Shown here: positions 27,994-36,666 of the stretch, in pieces
Numbering within the stretch: position 1 is the first letter of the stretch
Layout: the number at the start of each line of letters is the position of its first letter
Source of the DNA: an uncultured Abiotrophia sp.
GTDB lineage: Bacteria > Bacillota > Bacilli > Lactobacillales > Aerococcaceae
Assembly (NCBI RefSeq): GCF_938010525.1
Contig: NZ_CALLVK010000021.1
Coordinates: forward strand, 183,263-247,262
Direction: 5' to 3'
Length of the DNA: 64,000 nucleotides
Program-made: the position numbers and the translations under genes
The notes under the pieces: model-generated
What the model was told of the DNA's origin: nothing
What the model saw: the letters and a program-made list of their open reading frames with translations, nothing else
Databases searched by the model: none

Positions 27994-29472
27994 CTATATT
28001 CCTCCTTCCAAGATACTGCGAATTAATTGGATATCTTTTTCTATCAAGACAGGACTAATGATTATGACAGGCTGGGTTATAAATCCCGGCACTGTTCGTA
28101 CCGTAGAAATCACCACATCCACCTGGTCTAGTATTTCGGCCTGCCGTTCTAATTGCCGTGTTCCCATAGTAGCCACCACTTCCAAAGTGGGAAAGAGATG
28201 CTTAAGGCGAATCTTGAGCAGTTCTGAGGTTCCAATGCCTGTAGAACAAATAAGTAGCACACGGTTTATATCTGGATGCTTCAGTTTAAATTTCTCAAAA
28301 TATAGGGTTAAGTAGCCCATTTCAGCTTCATTAATAAGGGGATTACCCGGTATGTCACGGCTCAACCGTTCTGTGATTTGCTTGATACGTTCGAAAGTTG
28401 CCTGGAACTCTACCTTGACCTCTTCCAACATGCTGTTGCCTACTTTGATCCCCGTTTTGAGTCGATGAATCATGGGTAGTATATGATAATAGAGGTCGTT
28501 ATAAAGACTAGAGTAGAATTTGTTTTCTCTATTAAACTGCTCAAGAGAAAAGAAATTCAAAATATAATACTCTGTCATGAGTGCTGCTAGGCTTTGGTCA
28601 AACTGGCTAGTGGAACGTTCCTTTAAGTTAATGGCATAGATGTTTTGGAAGAGAAAATAAACTTCTAATTCATGTAACTCTTGATGCAGAAACTGCTCCA
28701 TATGACCAATAATTTGGTGGGACAAATTCACTAAAGCTTGGTTATCTTGCATTAATCCTTCCTCTTCTGTTGTTAAGGGGGATTGACTTTTTAGAAAACT
28801 GACATTCCCTTCTCTATATCGCTTCATCACCATATAGAGATGCGAGTATAAATTCACATCATAAGGATAAGAAATAGCTTGTCCTAATTCGGTCTCGATA
28901 TAAGTCAGTTGACTCATAATAAAATGATGATCAAAAGAACTTACTTCGTGCTCAGCATTATTCATATAGGCGCTTTTATTTTGCTGTATAAATAAGGTGT
29001 TGATGGCTATTCTAACCTGTTGTTCACTACCTTCAACTCTTACTTTTTGTCCTTCTACAACCAGTTTAAGCTGAAAGGCCGCTAGCGTATCCTCCATTTT
29101 TCGGCAATGGCGTTCAACTGTACTTTTACTCATGTAATCAATTGACATGATACTAGTCAAATCTAGACGGTAAGGATACTTAAAGAGTAGGCGCAATAAT
29201 CGATTGGTCTCATCACTGTCGCCCTCGAAAAGTTGCGTCCAATCTTTATCGAGGTAATAACTGCTGAGTTTGTAGCCCTTGCCTGTCTCTGCTAGAATAA
29301 TTGGTTCTTGATATTGGCTAATCGCCACCTCATTTATTTTTTTAACCATTCGATAAACGGTCTTAGATGATACAGACATATGCTTGGATAAATCAGATGC
29401 GGACACGTAGTCATCGAAATTCAAAGCCTTCAAGACCGACTCTTCTTTCAAACTGAATGTCATACTTGTCAC
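27994..29472 (-). CDS. PRD/EIIB-domain transcriptional regulator (MtlR/LicR-type activator)
   Basis: 492 aa; N-terminal HTH; central PRD-like region; C-terminal EIIB-like segment LLICSTGIGTSELLKIRL. Confidence 0.65.
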   Translation of the reverse strand: MTSMTFSLKEESVLKALNFDDYVSASDLSKHMSVSSKTVYRMVKKINEVAISQYQEPIILAETGKGYKLSSYYLDKDWTQLFEGDSDETNRLLRLLFKYPYRLDLTSIMSIDYMSKSTVERHCRKMEDTLAAFQLKLVVEGQKVRVEGSEQQVRIAINTLFIQQNKSAYMNNAEHEVSSFDHHFIMSQLTYIETELGQAISYPYDVNLYSHLYMVMKRYREGNVSFLKSQSPLTTEEEGLMQDNQALVNLSHQIIGHMEQFLHQELHELEVYFLFQNIYAINLKERSTSQFDQSLAALMTEYYILNFFSLEQFNRENKFYSSLYNDLYYHILPMIHRLKTGIKVGNSMLEEVKVEFQATFERIKQITERLSRDIPGNPLINEAEMGYLTLYFEKFKLKHPDINRVLLICSTGIGTSELLKIRLKHLFPTLEVVATMGTRQLERQAEILDQVDVVISTVRTVPGFITQPVIIISPVLIEKDIQLIRSILEGGI

Positions 29473-29655
29473 CTCTTATCTTTATTATAGTTAAGATACT
29501 GCATTTTTTACGTCAATCACTGTCTTTAGGACGAGCCACTCTGCTAGTATTGGGACTGGAAGGTGGCCTTATCTATAGACAACCTTTGAAATTTATTAAC
29601 CAAAATGTCCTTAGTCTCCTCTCTTTTCCTAGTAGTCTTCAACTTTTCTCTATGT

Positions 29656-29690
29656 AAAAAGCCCCCGACAGCTATAAGGCTGCCGGGGGC
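29656..29690 (-). terminator. Rho-independent terminator downstream of the class II aldolase gene
   Basis: gcccccgacagc...gctgccgggggc 12-bp stem (11/12 paired) followed by a T-run on the minus strand. Confidence 0.65.
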
Positions 29691-29714
29691 TGGTGCCCGC
29701 CACCTACTAGTGGG

Positions 29715-30515
29715 CTATTTTTCTAGTAGTTCCCAACGTGGGGTTACTTTGAAGAAGTCAGCTAGGGCATGTAATTGGCTATCGCTAATGCCATCTTGAT
29801 GTGGCAAGTGAGCGATGCTGAGGTAGACCTTGGCTGCCTTGTTGACGGTCTCAATGAGGCCAAAGCAGTCCGCAATGCTTGAGCCAGTGGCTAAGATGCC
29901 ATGATAAGCCCAGACGACGATGCGACTGTTCTTGAGCTTGGCTGCTGTCGCCTGACCAATGGCTTCGGTCCCGCAGACCATCCAAGGCACGACCCCGATA
30001 CCATCCGGGAAGACAATCAAGCACTCGGTAATCATACGCCAGAGGGTCTGAGTGAAGGCTTGGTCTGTCTGATCCAGGATAAAGCTGAGGGCAGATACTT
30101 CTGTCGCATGGTTGTGGAGGACAATTCGATGATGAGGATCCACCGCCAGTCGGGTGCTATGGCTGAGTAGGTGCATATAAATCTCTGATGTTGGTTTATT
30201 GTCCCCTTCGAAGCCCCAGACAATGGCGTAACCATTGGGCTCTACTCGAATCACACCCAAAGTCTCCGTCAGGGAATCCCGTACCCGGCGAAATTCTGAG
30301 CCTGACGCTGTAATCAGGACATGACGACCTACCATATTCTCCGGCACATGTTCCAAGGGAACAAAACGTGGGGATGCCACTTGATCAACTTGTGTGAGTT
30401 GCTTTTCAGTCAGAATAGCGGAGATATTGCCCCCATTCTTCTCATCCCAACCCATAGACCACATAACGTGTGTAATATCAGCAAATTCCGCAACGATGGT
30501 GCTGTTTTGGAACAT
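29715..30515 (-). CDS. Class II aldolase/adducin-family protein (rhamnulose-1-P aldolase / L-ribulose-5-P 4-epimerase-like)
   Basis: 266 aa; size and His-rich metal site (HNHATE) fit the AraD/FucA/RhaD family. Confidence 0.65.
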   Translation of the reverse strand: MFQNSTIVAEFADITHVMWSMGWDEKNGGNISAILTEKQLTQVDQVASPRFVPLEHVPENMVGRHVLITASGSEFRRVRDSLTETLGVIRVEPNGYAIVWGFEGDNKPTSEIYMHLLSHSTRLAVDPHHRIVLHNHATEVSALSFILDQTDQAFTQTLWRMITECLIVFPDGIGVVPWMVCGTEAIGQATAAKLKNSRIVVWAYHGILATGSSIADCFGLIETVNKAAKVYLSIAHLPHQDGISDSQLHALADFFKVTPRWELLEK

Positions 30516-30518
30516 CTT

Positions 30519-31871
30519 CTATTCACCTGCCTCTTCCATTTTTTTGTTGTAGGCCATACGTGCACGGTAGAGCACATAGAAGAGGCCAGCCCATAAGACG
30601 AAGAGTAGGATGCTGACAATATTGCCAGACAAACCAGTAGATAAGAGATAACGGAAATCAGGACCTTCAAAGGTTGACCAAGACAAGAGCTTGCCAGCTT
30701 CTACTACCGCAGCCCCTGTTTCATTAGCCAAACGGGTAATATAAGTAGCGAAGAAAGTTGCCCCATAGAGGAAGAGCGGTGCAGACACCACCCCATGGAA
30801 GATCATCCGCGCCAAGTTCCCGTTGGTTAGGAGCAAGGCCCCTACAACGAAGGACAAGTTGATAATCCCCGCAAATGGTAAGACGATGTTACCAGGTAAG
30901 ATAACAGACATAATCAAGAGCACTGGGATGGTAATAATCACGGCTACCCATAGCTCGTTACGCCCTGCCAAGATAGGCCAGTCCAAACCGATGAAGACTT
31001 CACGGTCGCTAAATTTAGTCCGCATAAACTCAGAGATGGCTTCAGATACAGGCGATAGGGCTTGAGAGAAGAGCTTAGAAATCATCGGGAAGAGGGTCAT
31101 AGCGGTCGCCGCTTGGACGGCTAACTTGAGGGAACCGGATAAGCCATAACCAGCTGCCAAGCCCAAGACGAAACCAATGATGGCCCCCATAACGGAGTTT
31201 TCGCCAAAAATCCCGATTTTTTCCTTAAGAGCATCGGCATCCATTGGCTTGTTGAAGAAAGGAATCTTCTTCAGCAACTCATCAATTGGATAGAGAATAA
31301 CGGAGATTAAGACAATAAAGTGCGGCACGGTTACCCCTGGAATCCCGGTCAAACGTTCCACTTCAGGTCCGTACATATCGCCCGCCTTGAGCTCGAAAAT
31401 AATTTGAATCGTGGCTGCGACAAAGCCCATGATGACATTGCCGGTAATATAAGAAACCATAACGGCGGTAAAGATTTTACCCCAGACATTCCACATGTCC
31501 ACGTTGACGGTCTTGGTTTGTTTGAGCATCAGCATGACAATGTTGACCCCAATGGTCAGTGGGAACATGAGAAAGGCATATGGCCAAGCCCAAGAGATGG
31601 CCGCCATACCAGGCCAGCCCCCGTCTACGGCTGGCAAGGAGAAGCCTGTTCTCGTAGCCATAGAGGCAGCTGCATCCCCCATAGAGGTCATCATGTAACC
31701 AATCAATAGCCCCATCCCAGAGAAGGCTACCCCTAAGGTCAGCGCTGAGTGGAAAGCCTCGGAGAATTTCATCTTCATAAGAAGACCGATAATCAACATT
31801 AAGAGGGGAACAAAAACGGCTGCTCCCAAATCATTTAAGACATAATTAACAACTGTTTGTAAGATATCCAT
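30519..31871 (-). CDS. PTS galactitol-family EIIC component
   Basis: 450 aa, GatC-like polytopic. Confidence 0.75.
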   Translation of the reverse strand: MDILQTVVNYVLNDLGAAVFVPLLMLIIGLLMKMKFSEAFHSALTLGVAFSGMGLLIGYMMTSMGDAAASMATRTGFSLPAVDGGWPGMAAISWAWPYAFLMFPLTIGVNIVMLMLKQTKTVNVDMWNVWGKIFTAVMVSYITGNVIMGFVAATIQIIFELKAGDMYGPEVERLTGIPGVTVPHFIVLISVILYPIDELLKKIPFFNKPMDADALKEKIGIFGENSVMGAIIGFVLGLAAGYGLSGSLKLAVQAATAMTLFPMISKLFSQALSPVSEAISEFMRTKFSDREVFIGLDWPILAGRNELWVAVIITIPVLLIMSVILPGNIVLPFAGIINLSFVVGALLLTNGNLARMIFHGVVSAPLFLYGATFFATYITRLANETGAAVVEAGKLLSWSTFEGPDFRYLLSTGLSGNIVSILLFVLWAGLFYVLYRARMAYNKKMEEAGE

Positions 31872-31921
31872 GTGTCATTCCTCCTTGATTCACACGGTCG
31901 TCGTTGCTAGGAAGCTAGGTC

Positions 31922-32200
31922 CTAGGCCTTTAAGAAATCAATTATCTTTTGTAATTCAGCATCTTGCCCCATACCTGTCAGGAAGGCAATGCCGTTAAAG
32001 GTTGGGATGTCGATTTGATCCTTAGTTTTAACGATGGAGACATAGGCATCCGCATCTTTGACATGATGTTTGAGTGATTTAATATCCACTGCTTCGACTT
32101 GAGCAGGTACGCCCTTGCCTTTGAGCAACTTATCTAACTTGGACGCTACTGTTTGAGAGGTCGCAACCCCAGAACCACAGGCAACAATAATCTTTTTCAT
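31922..32200 (-). CDS. PTS galactitol-family EIIB component
   Basis: MKKIIVACGSGVATS Cys phosphorylation site. The ATG at 32200 is preferred over the TTG listed in the ORF track. Confidence 0.75.
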   Translation of the reverse strand: MKKIIVACGSGVATSQTVASKLDKLLKGKGVPAQVEAVDIKSLKHHVKDADAYVSIVKTKDQIDIPTFNGIAFLTGMGQDAELQKIIDFLKA

Positions 32201-32215
32201 AATCAATCATCCTTT

Positions 32216-32686
32216 CTAATGGCTTAATAAGTCTACAATTGCTTCTGGCGACTGGGCAGCTTCTAGTTTGGCTACCAAGTCCCCCTGGCTTAAAAGTGCC
32301 ATGAGCTCTGCTAGGAGATCCACCTGAGCCTTGGCTTCTTTTATGCCCAAAATCATGATATAACGCGGATAAATTATCAAATCATCGGTCCCCATCTGGA
32401 TAAAAGGCATTACCGGCTCTACCAGACGGTAAAAGGCGATAAAGGGACGTTTGACATGTTCAACATAGGTATGGGGAATAGCCACTGTCACATGTTCCAA
32501 GGCCAATCCTGTCGGGAACTCTGCCTCGCGCTCCGCCAAAGCCTGACCGAAGCTATCGGCCACATAGCCCAAGTCTTGCAACTTGGCAGCCTGGTGGGCG
32601 AAGAAGAGGGCTTGGTCTGTCTCCTCACACGCCAAATCAATCAATTCCGACTGAATTAAACTTGCTACAACCCCCATTCGGGTCAC
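32216..32686 (-). CDS. PTS EIIA component (EIIA-2 type)
   Basis: 156 aa; VAIPHT His site. Confidence 0.65.
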   Translation of the reverse strand: MTRMGVVASLIQSELIDLACEETDQALFFAHQAAKLQDLGYVADSFGQALAEREAEFPTGLALEHVTVAIPHTYVEHVKRPFIAFYRLVEPVMPFIQMGTDDLIIYPRYIMILGIKEAKAQVDLLAELMALLSQGDLVAKLEAAQSPEAIVDLLSH

Positions 32687-33534
32687 TTCCTTCCTAGAAT
32701 ACGTACAAGGTGCAATAAGAGATAAAAATCTTCATCCTGGCCAAAGCTTAGATTGAATTCCTCTTGCAGGGTCTCCTTAAGGGCCTTTACTAAGTCCCAT
32801 TCCCGGGGAAAGACGCCTGCAGTCGTCTCTAAGACAGTCTCGATTTTTTGTGGTGAGACGGCCTCTTGGCCTGGCTGATGGCTTAGGGTCCGAATCAGGA
32901 AGTAGCGGATATGGACCACGAAGCGCCCATAGTCAGGTGACTCCTTATCAAGGGGCTCTCCCGTCTGAGTCTCAATCACTTGAATCAAACGATTAAGGAT
33001 TTCGCTCAGTTCTACTACATTATGGAAGCCCGCCTGATCAATCTGGCCATTGACCAAATGCAAGGTCAGGAAGGAAACCTCTTCCTGGGCCAGTCGAAGT
33101 TGATACTTGGCATTGACCTGACCAATGGCCTCGGCCGCCGCCTGATACTCATCCGGATAAAGATAATGGAGCTGGTACTGGAAAGGGTCGTAATCGTCCC
33201 CTTCATTAGGCTCCCGGTCCAAGGCATATTGCAAATGTTTAGCAATGGTGAAAATGAAGGTTTCCATCAAGGATTTCTTCAAACAGGCCTCGGCGATGAC
33301 GGTAATGTCTTGCGCTAGTTCGAACACCCATGGTTCCAGTTCCTTAATTAAGCCTAGCAACTGTTCCTGCCGGTAACTAGACGCTAAACTAAAGACCCTG
33401 GTCACAGCAGTTGGGTCAATGGTGTCCCCTTTTTTCTTGCCAAACCCTACACCTTTCCCTAATGCTACCAATTCCGCCCCATCATCTCTGGCGACTAAGA
33501 CAGCATTTTGGTTGAGTGATTGAATGACTTTCAC
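32683..33534 (-). CDS. BglG/LicT/SacY-family transcriptional antiterminator (CAT RNA-binding domain plus two PRDs)
   Basis: VKVIQSLNQNAVLVARDDGAELVALGKGVGFGKKKGDTI is a typical CAT domain. GTG start chosen because GGAGGTG sits 6 nt upstream. Confidence 0.75.
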   Translation of the reverse strand: MKVIQSLNQNAVLVARDDGAELVALGKGVGFGKKKGDTIDPTAVTRVFSLASSYRQEQLLGLIKELEPWVFELAQDITVIAEACLKKSLMETFIFTIAKHLQYALDREPNEGDDYDPFQYQLHYLYPDEYQAAAEAIGQVNAKYQLRLAQEEVSFLTLHLVNGQIDQAGFHNVVELSEILNRLIQVIETQTGEPLDKESPDYGRFVVHIRYFLIRTLSHQPGQEAVSPQKIETVLETTAGVFPREWDLVKALKETLQEEFNLSFGQDEDFYLLLHLVRILGRK

Positions 33535-33554
33535 TGCGCACCTCCCCTTTCGAC

Positions 33555-33596
33555 AAAAAATAGGCACAACTCTCCCTATATGGGAAAGTTATGCCT
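33555..33596 (-). terminator. Leader (attenuator) terminator of the antiterminator-PTS operon
   Basis: On the minus strand, aggcauaacuuuccc-auaua-gggagaguugugccu forms a 15-bp stem including 2 G-U pairs, followed by auuuuuug. It lies between the promoter and the antiterminator start. Confidence 0.65.
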
Positions 33597-33613
33597 AATC
33601 TAATAGTTACACC
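33587..33613 (-). promoter_or_regulatory. RAT-like (ribonucleic antiterminator) element overlapping the 5' arm of the leader terminator
   Basis: Minus-strand RNA GGUGUAACUAUUAGAUUAGGCAUAACU partly matches the RAT consensus GGnUUGUUACUG...AGGCAAAACC. Its position fits the BglG/LicT mechanism. Confidence 0.45.
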
Positions 33614-33626
33614 ACTTATTATCTAC

Positions 33627-33655
33627 ATTATAATGTATGCGCTACCTAAATTCAA
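33627..33655 (-). promoter_or_regulatory. Sigma-A-type promoter of the antiterminator-PTS operon
   Basis: Minus strand TTGAAT, 17-nt spacer, TATAAT, immediately upstream of the RAT-like element. Confidence 0.5.
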
Positions 33656-33742
33656 GGGTATTTTCTTTACAAATCCATCTTTTTGCCTACAATATTCAGA
33701 ACTGGTTCCAGCAAAAGCCCTTTGTTAAGCCATTCTTAAAAG

Positions 33743-33775
33743 CAAAACTGAGACCTAAACAGGTCTCAGTTTCTA
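33743..33775. terminator. Rho-independent terminator downstream of the amidohydrolase gene (bidirectional geometry)
   Basis: aaactgagacc-taaaca-ggtctcagttt 11-bp perfect stem followed by T-runs. Confidence 0.7.
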
Positions 33776-33780
33776 TGTTC

Positions 33781-35403
33781 TTAATAAACTTGCTGACCGG
33801 CCAAATAGGTGGCGGTCACTTTGACTTGTCGCCAGTCCTTGACGCTTCGCAAATCATGGGACAGGACAACTAGGTCTGCCCACATACCAGCTTCCACTCC
33901 CCCAATATCGGTTCGACTTAAGGCCTTAGCTGCCCCAAGTGTATGGGCATAGAGGGACTCTTCGAGTGTCAAGCGTTGTTCTGGCATCAAGCCTTGAGGC
34001 GGTAGCCCATCCCAGGTCTGGCGATGGACTGCGTAATGCAGGCTCTCCAATGGTGTTACATTGACCACTACGGGCGTGTCGGTTCCAAAGGCCAGAGTTG
34101 CGCCTTGCTTCAAGAATTCCTTAAAAGGAAACATGTGCTTAGCACGTTCAGGTCCTACTTCTTCATCCAAGCTATCATAGCCCACCATCAGATGGCTTGG
34201 TTGTACCGAAACCACTAGCTGCTCTTGGGCCACTAGGTCTAAATCGTCCCAATCCATTACTTCTAGGTGCTCAATAGTGTGGAATTTTCCCAGACTGAGA
34301 GGGAATTTGGCTAGGGCTTCTTTGTAATAGGTCAAGGTCAACTCAATGGCCCGGTCACCAATGGCATGGATCCGCATCGGCCAATCTTCTTGGCTGGCAG
34401 CTAAGATAAAGTCATGCTGGGTCTCAATCGGGATTAAGGGCCCGCCCACATCTCCCGGGTAATAGGGTTCCGGATACTCTGACTTGAGATAGGCTGTATG
34501 AGAAGAAGTCACGCCGTCAAAAAACTGCTTGACCCCGCCCATTTGTAGCCAAGGGCCACGATAGCGCTGATAGAGTTGACGCAGAGGCTCACGATTGGCT
34601 CGCATAGCTGGGAAAAAGCTAAGACGCAGAGGAACCTGGGCTAGGGCGCGTTCATAGAGTTCCGGATAGACCATATCATCAGGACTCTCACCCGTAATGG
34701 CGACATCCCCTACCGCCGTTACCCCCATAGCATGAAGGTGACGACTAAAATCTTGCATTGCTAGAACTGCTTCTTCATGGAAGCGTCGGAAGACCTCCGT
34801 CTGATAGTAGACTGCGGCAGCTTCTAGGAAAGTTCCCGTTAATTGGCCATCTGCCTCATCAACTAGAGCCTGGCCTGACAGGGTCACAACATTATCAGGA
34901 TTCAAGCCCAAGGCCTCCAAAGCCGCGGTATTGAGCCAAATAGAGTGGGCATCGCCGGACAAGAGCATAGTCGGCTCCGAACAGTAACGATCAAGCATAC
35001 GACGATGGGGTTGCTGAGACGGTTGAAACTCGCTAGCATACCAACCAATGCCTAAGCGCCAACCCTGGCGCAGAGGTAGCTCCTGGGCCTGGCGCGCGAC
35101 TATTTCGGGCGTCGCGCCCCCTACTTGCCCCAAAATGCCCGCTTGAATCAAGCTAGAAGGATAGAAGTGGACATGCGCATCAATAAAGCCAGGCAGCAAC
35201 ATTTGCTGACCTAGGTCCTTAAGTGGCAAGTGCTTGAGTGCTTCTGGCACTAAGCTATCAACATCAGCTTGGCTTGCCATAGTCACTTGCTTGTCTGGCT
35301 CATAGACAGCCGCAATTCGTTGGTCACGAATTTCCACAAGGGCTGGCCCGATGGTCCCCTTAGTCGGGTTATAGAGGGCCTGTGTCTTCAATAGATAGTG
35401 CAT
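33781..35403 (-). CDS. Amidohydrolase-family metal-dependent hydrolase (amidohydrolase_3/COG1574-like)
   Basis: 540 aa; HxH-type metal site (FIDAHVHF). Confidence 0.65.
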   Translation of the reverse strand: MHYLLKTQALYNPTKGTIGPALVEIRDQRIAAVYEPDKQVTMASQADVDSLVPEALKHLPLKDLGQQMLLPGFIDAHVHFYPSSLIQAGILGQVGGATPEIVARQAQELPLRQGWRLGIGWYASEFQPSQQPHRRMLDRYCSEPTMLLSGDAHSIWLNTAALEALGLNPDNVVTLSGQALVDEADGQLTGTFLEAAAVYYQTEVFRRFHEEAVLAMQDFSRHLHAMGVTAVGDVAITGESPDDMVYPELYERALAQVPLRLSFFPAMRANREPLRQLYQRYRGPWLQMGGVKQFFDGVTSSHTAYLKSEYPEPYYPGDVGGPLIPIETQHDFILAASQEDWPMRIHAIGDRAIELTLTYYKEALAKFPLSLGKFHTIEHLEVMDWDDLDLVAQEQLVVSVQPSHLMVGYDSLDEEVGPERAKHMFPFKEFLKQGATLAFGTDTPVVVNVTPLESLHYAVHRQTWDGLPPQGLMPEQRLTLEESLYAHTLGAAKALSRTDIGGVEAGMWADLVVLSHDLRSVKDWRQVKVTATYLAGQQVY

Positions 35404-35412
35404 GATTTCCTC

Positions 35413-36495
35413 CTATAAGGCCATCTTGAAGCCTAAGAATTGTTCGTTAAATTCCTTAATGATATCCGCCGGTAGGAACTCATAGTGTTCAAGTTGTTGC
35501 AAGATTTCAGCAGGCGGATTGAAGGCGGGGTTGTCCAGCGTCTCTTGCGGCAGTAAGGCCTTAGCCGACTCGTTTGGAGTGGCGTAACCTACATATTCTG
35601 CGTTTTTAGCGGCATTTTCTGGTCGTAGCATAAAGTTAATGAAGGCATAGGCCCCGGCTTCATTTTTACTGGTGCTAGGAATAGCGAAATTATCTGTCCA
35701 TACAGCCGAGCCGTCTTTTGGCAAGATATAAACAATATTAGGATTGTCCGCTATGACACTAGCAGCATCGCCGGAATAACCCATGCCAATCGGCGCTTCG
35801 CCTAAGCGCATGAGGGGTTTGATTTCATCGGTCAAGACTGCTCGAACATTAGGTGCCAGTGCCTTGAGGTAGGTACCGGCAATGGCTAACTCCCCTGGAT
35901 CTTGGCTGTTAAGCGAATAGCCGCGCGCCTGCAAGGCCATCCCCAAAGTCTCGCGATGGCCATCTAGGACTAGGATAGAATTCTTAAATTCTGGTTTCCA
36001 TAAATCCGACCAATTCTCAATAGTGGCTGGGTCAACTTGCTCTGTATTGACCATGATCCCAAAGGTCCCCCAGAAATAAGGCAAGCTATACTGGTTACCT
36101 GGATCAAAAGCGTGATTGAGTAACCAAGGCGTTAGATGCTCTGTCCCTTCTAAGCGGCTATAATCTAGCGGTTTAAGTAAGTTTTGATTTTTAAGACGCG
36201 CAACAATCGACTCACTAGGAAAGACTAAATCATAGGGTGTTCCGCCTTGCTTAAGCTTGGCTTCCATAGCGTCATTGGAATCAAAGGTCTCGTAGATAAC
36301 CCGATAATTAGTCTCTTCTTCAAAGGCAGTAATCAGTTCAGGGTCAATATAATCCCCCCAGTTAAAGATATAGAGGGGCTGACGCTCCACCCCTTGGGCG
36401 GTTGTTTGAAGGGACTGCTCCAAATGATGGCGTATCCCCCACAGGGCAGCCATTACCCCTACCAAAATTACTAATCCTTGTACCAAACGCCGCAC
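35413..36495 (-). CDS. ABC transporter substrate-binding lipoprotein, PotD/PotF-like (polyamine-type SBP family 1)
   Basis: 360 aa; N-terminal signal/TM. No cognate permease or ATPase gene nearby. Confidence 0.65.
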   Translation of the reverse strand: MRRLVQGLVILVGVMAALWGIRHHLEQSLQTTAQGVERQPLYIFNWGDYIDPELITAFEEETNYRVIYETFDSNDAMEAKLKQGGTPYDLVFPSESIVARLKNQNLLKPLDYSRLEGTEHLTPWLLNHAFDPGNQYSLPYFWGTFGIMVNTEQVDPATIENWSDLWKPEFKNSILVLDGHRETLGMALQARGYSLNSQDPGELAIAGTYLKALAPNVRAVLTDEIKPLMRLGEAPIGMGYSGDAASVIADNPNIVYILPKDGSAVWTDNFAIPSTSKNEAGAYAFINFMLRPENAAKNAEYVGYATPNESAKALLPQETLDNPAFNPPAEILQQLEHYEFLPADIIKEFNEQFLGFKMAL

Positions 36496-36666
36496 TGCGC
36501 GTCCCCCTTTCTAAACCTGATTCATTCACTTCTTTCATTCTATCATAGTCGCCACTCCGCTACTAGCCCTGTTTGCCGGTCTTAGTAGCGGAGGCCTTAA
36601 ACGTTCGGCTTTTCCTAGCTAAGCTATCAAAAAAGGCGCCCTACCATTCAGTAGAGCACCTGATAC

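Noticed and set aside
36551-36590. 11-bp perfect inverted repeat ctccgctacta...tagtagcggag between the SBP and GT1 genes, as a terminator
   Set aside because: It is not followed by a T-run on either strand, so it is not a canonical intrinsic terminator. It may be an operator or REP-like hairpin but the evidence is insufficient.
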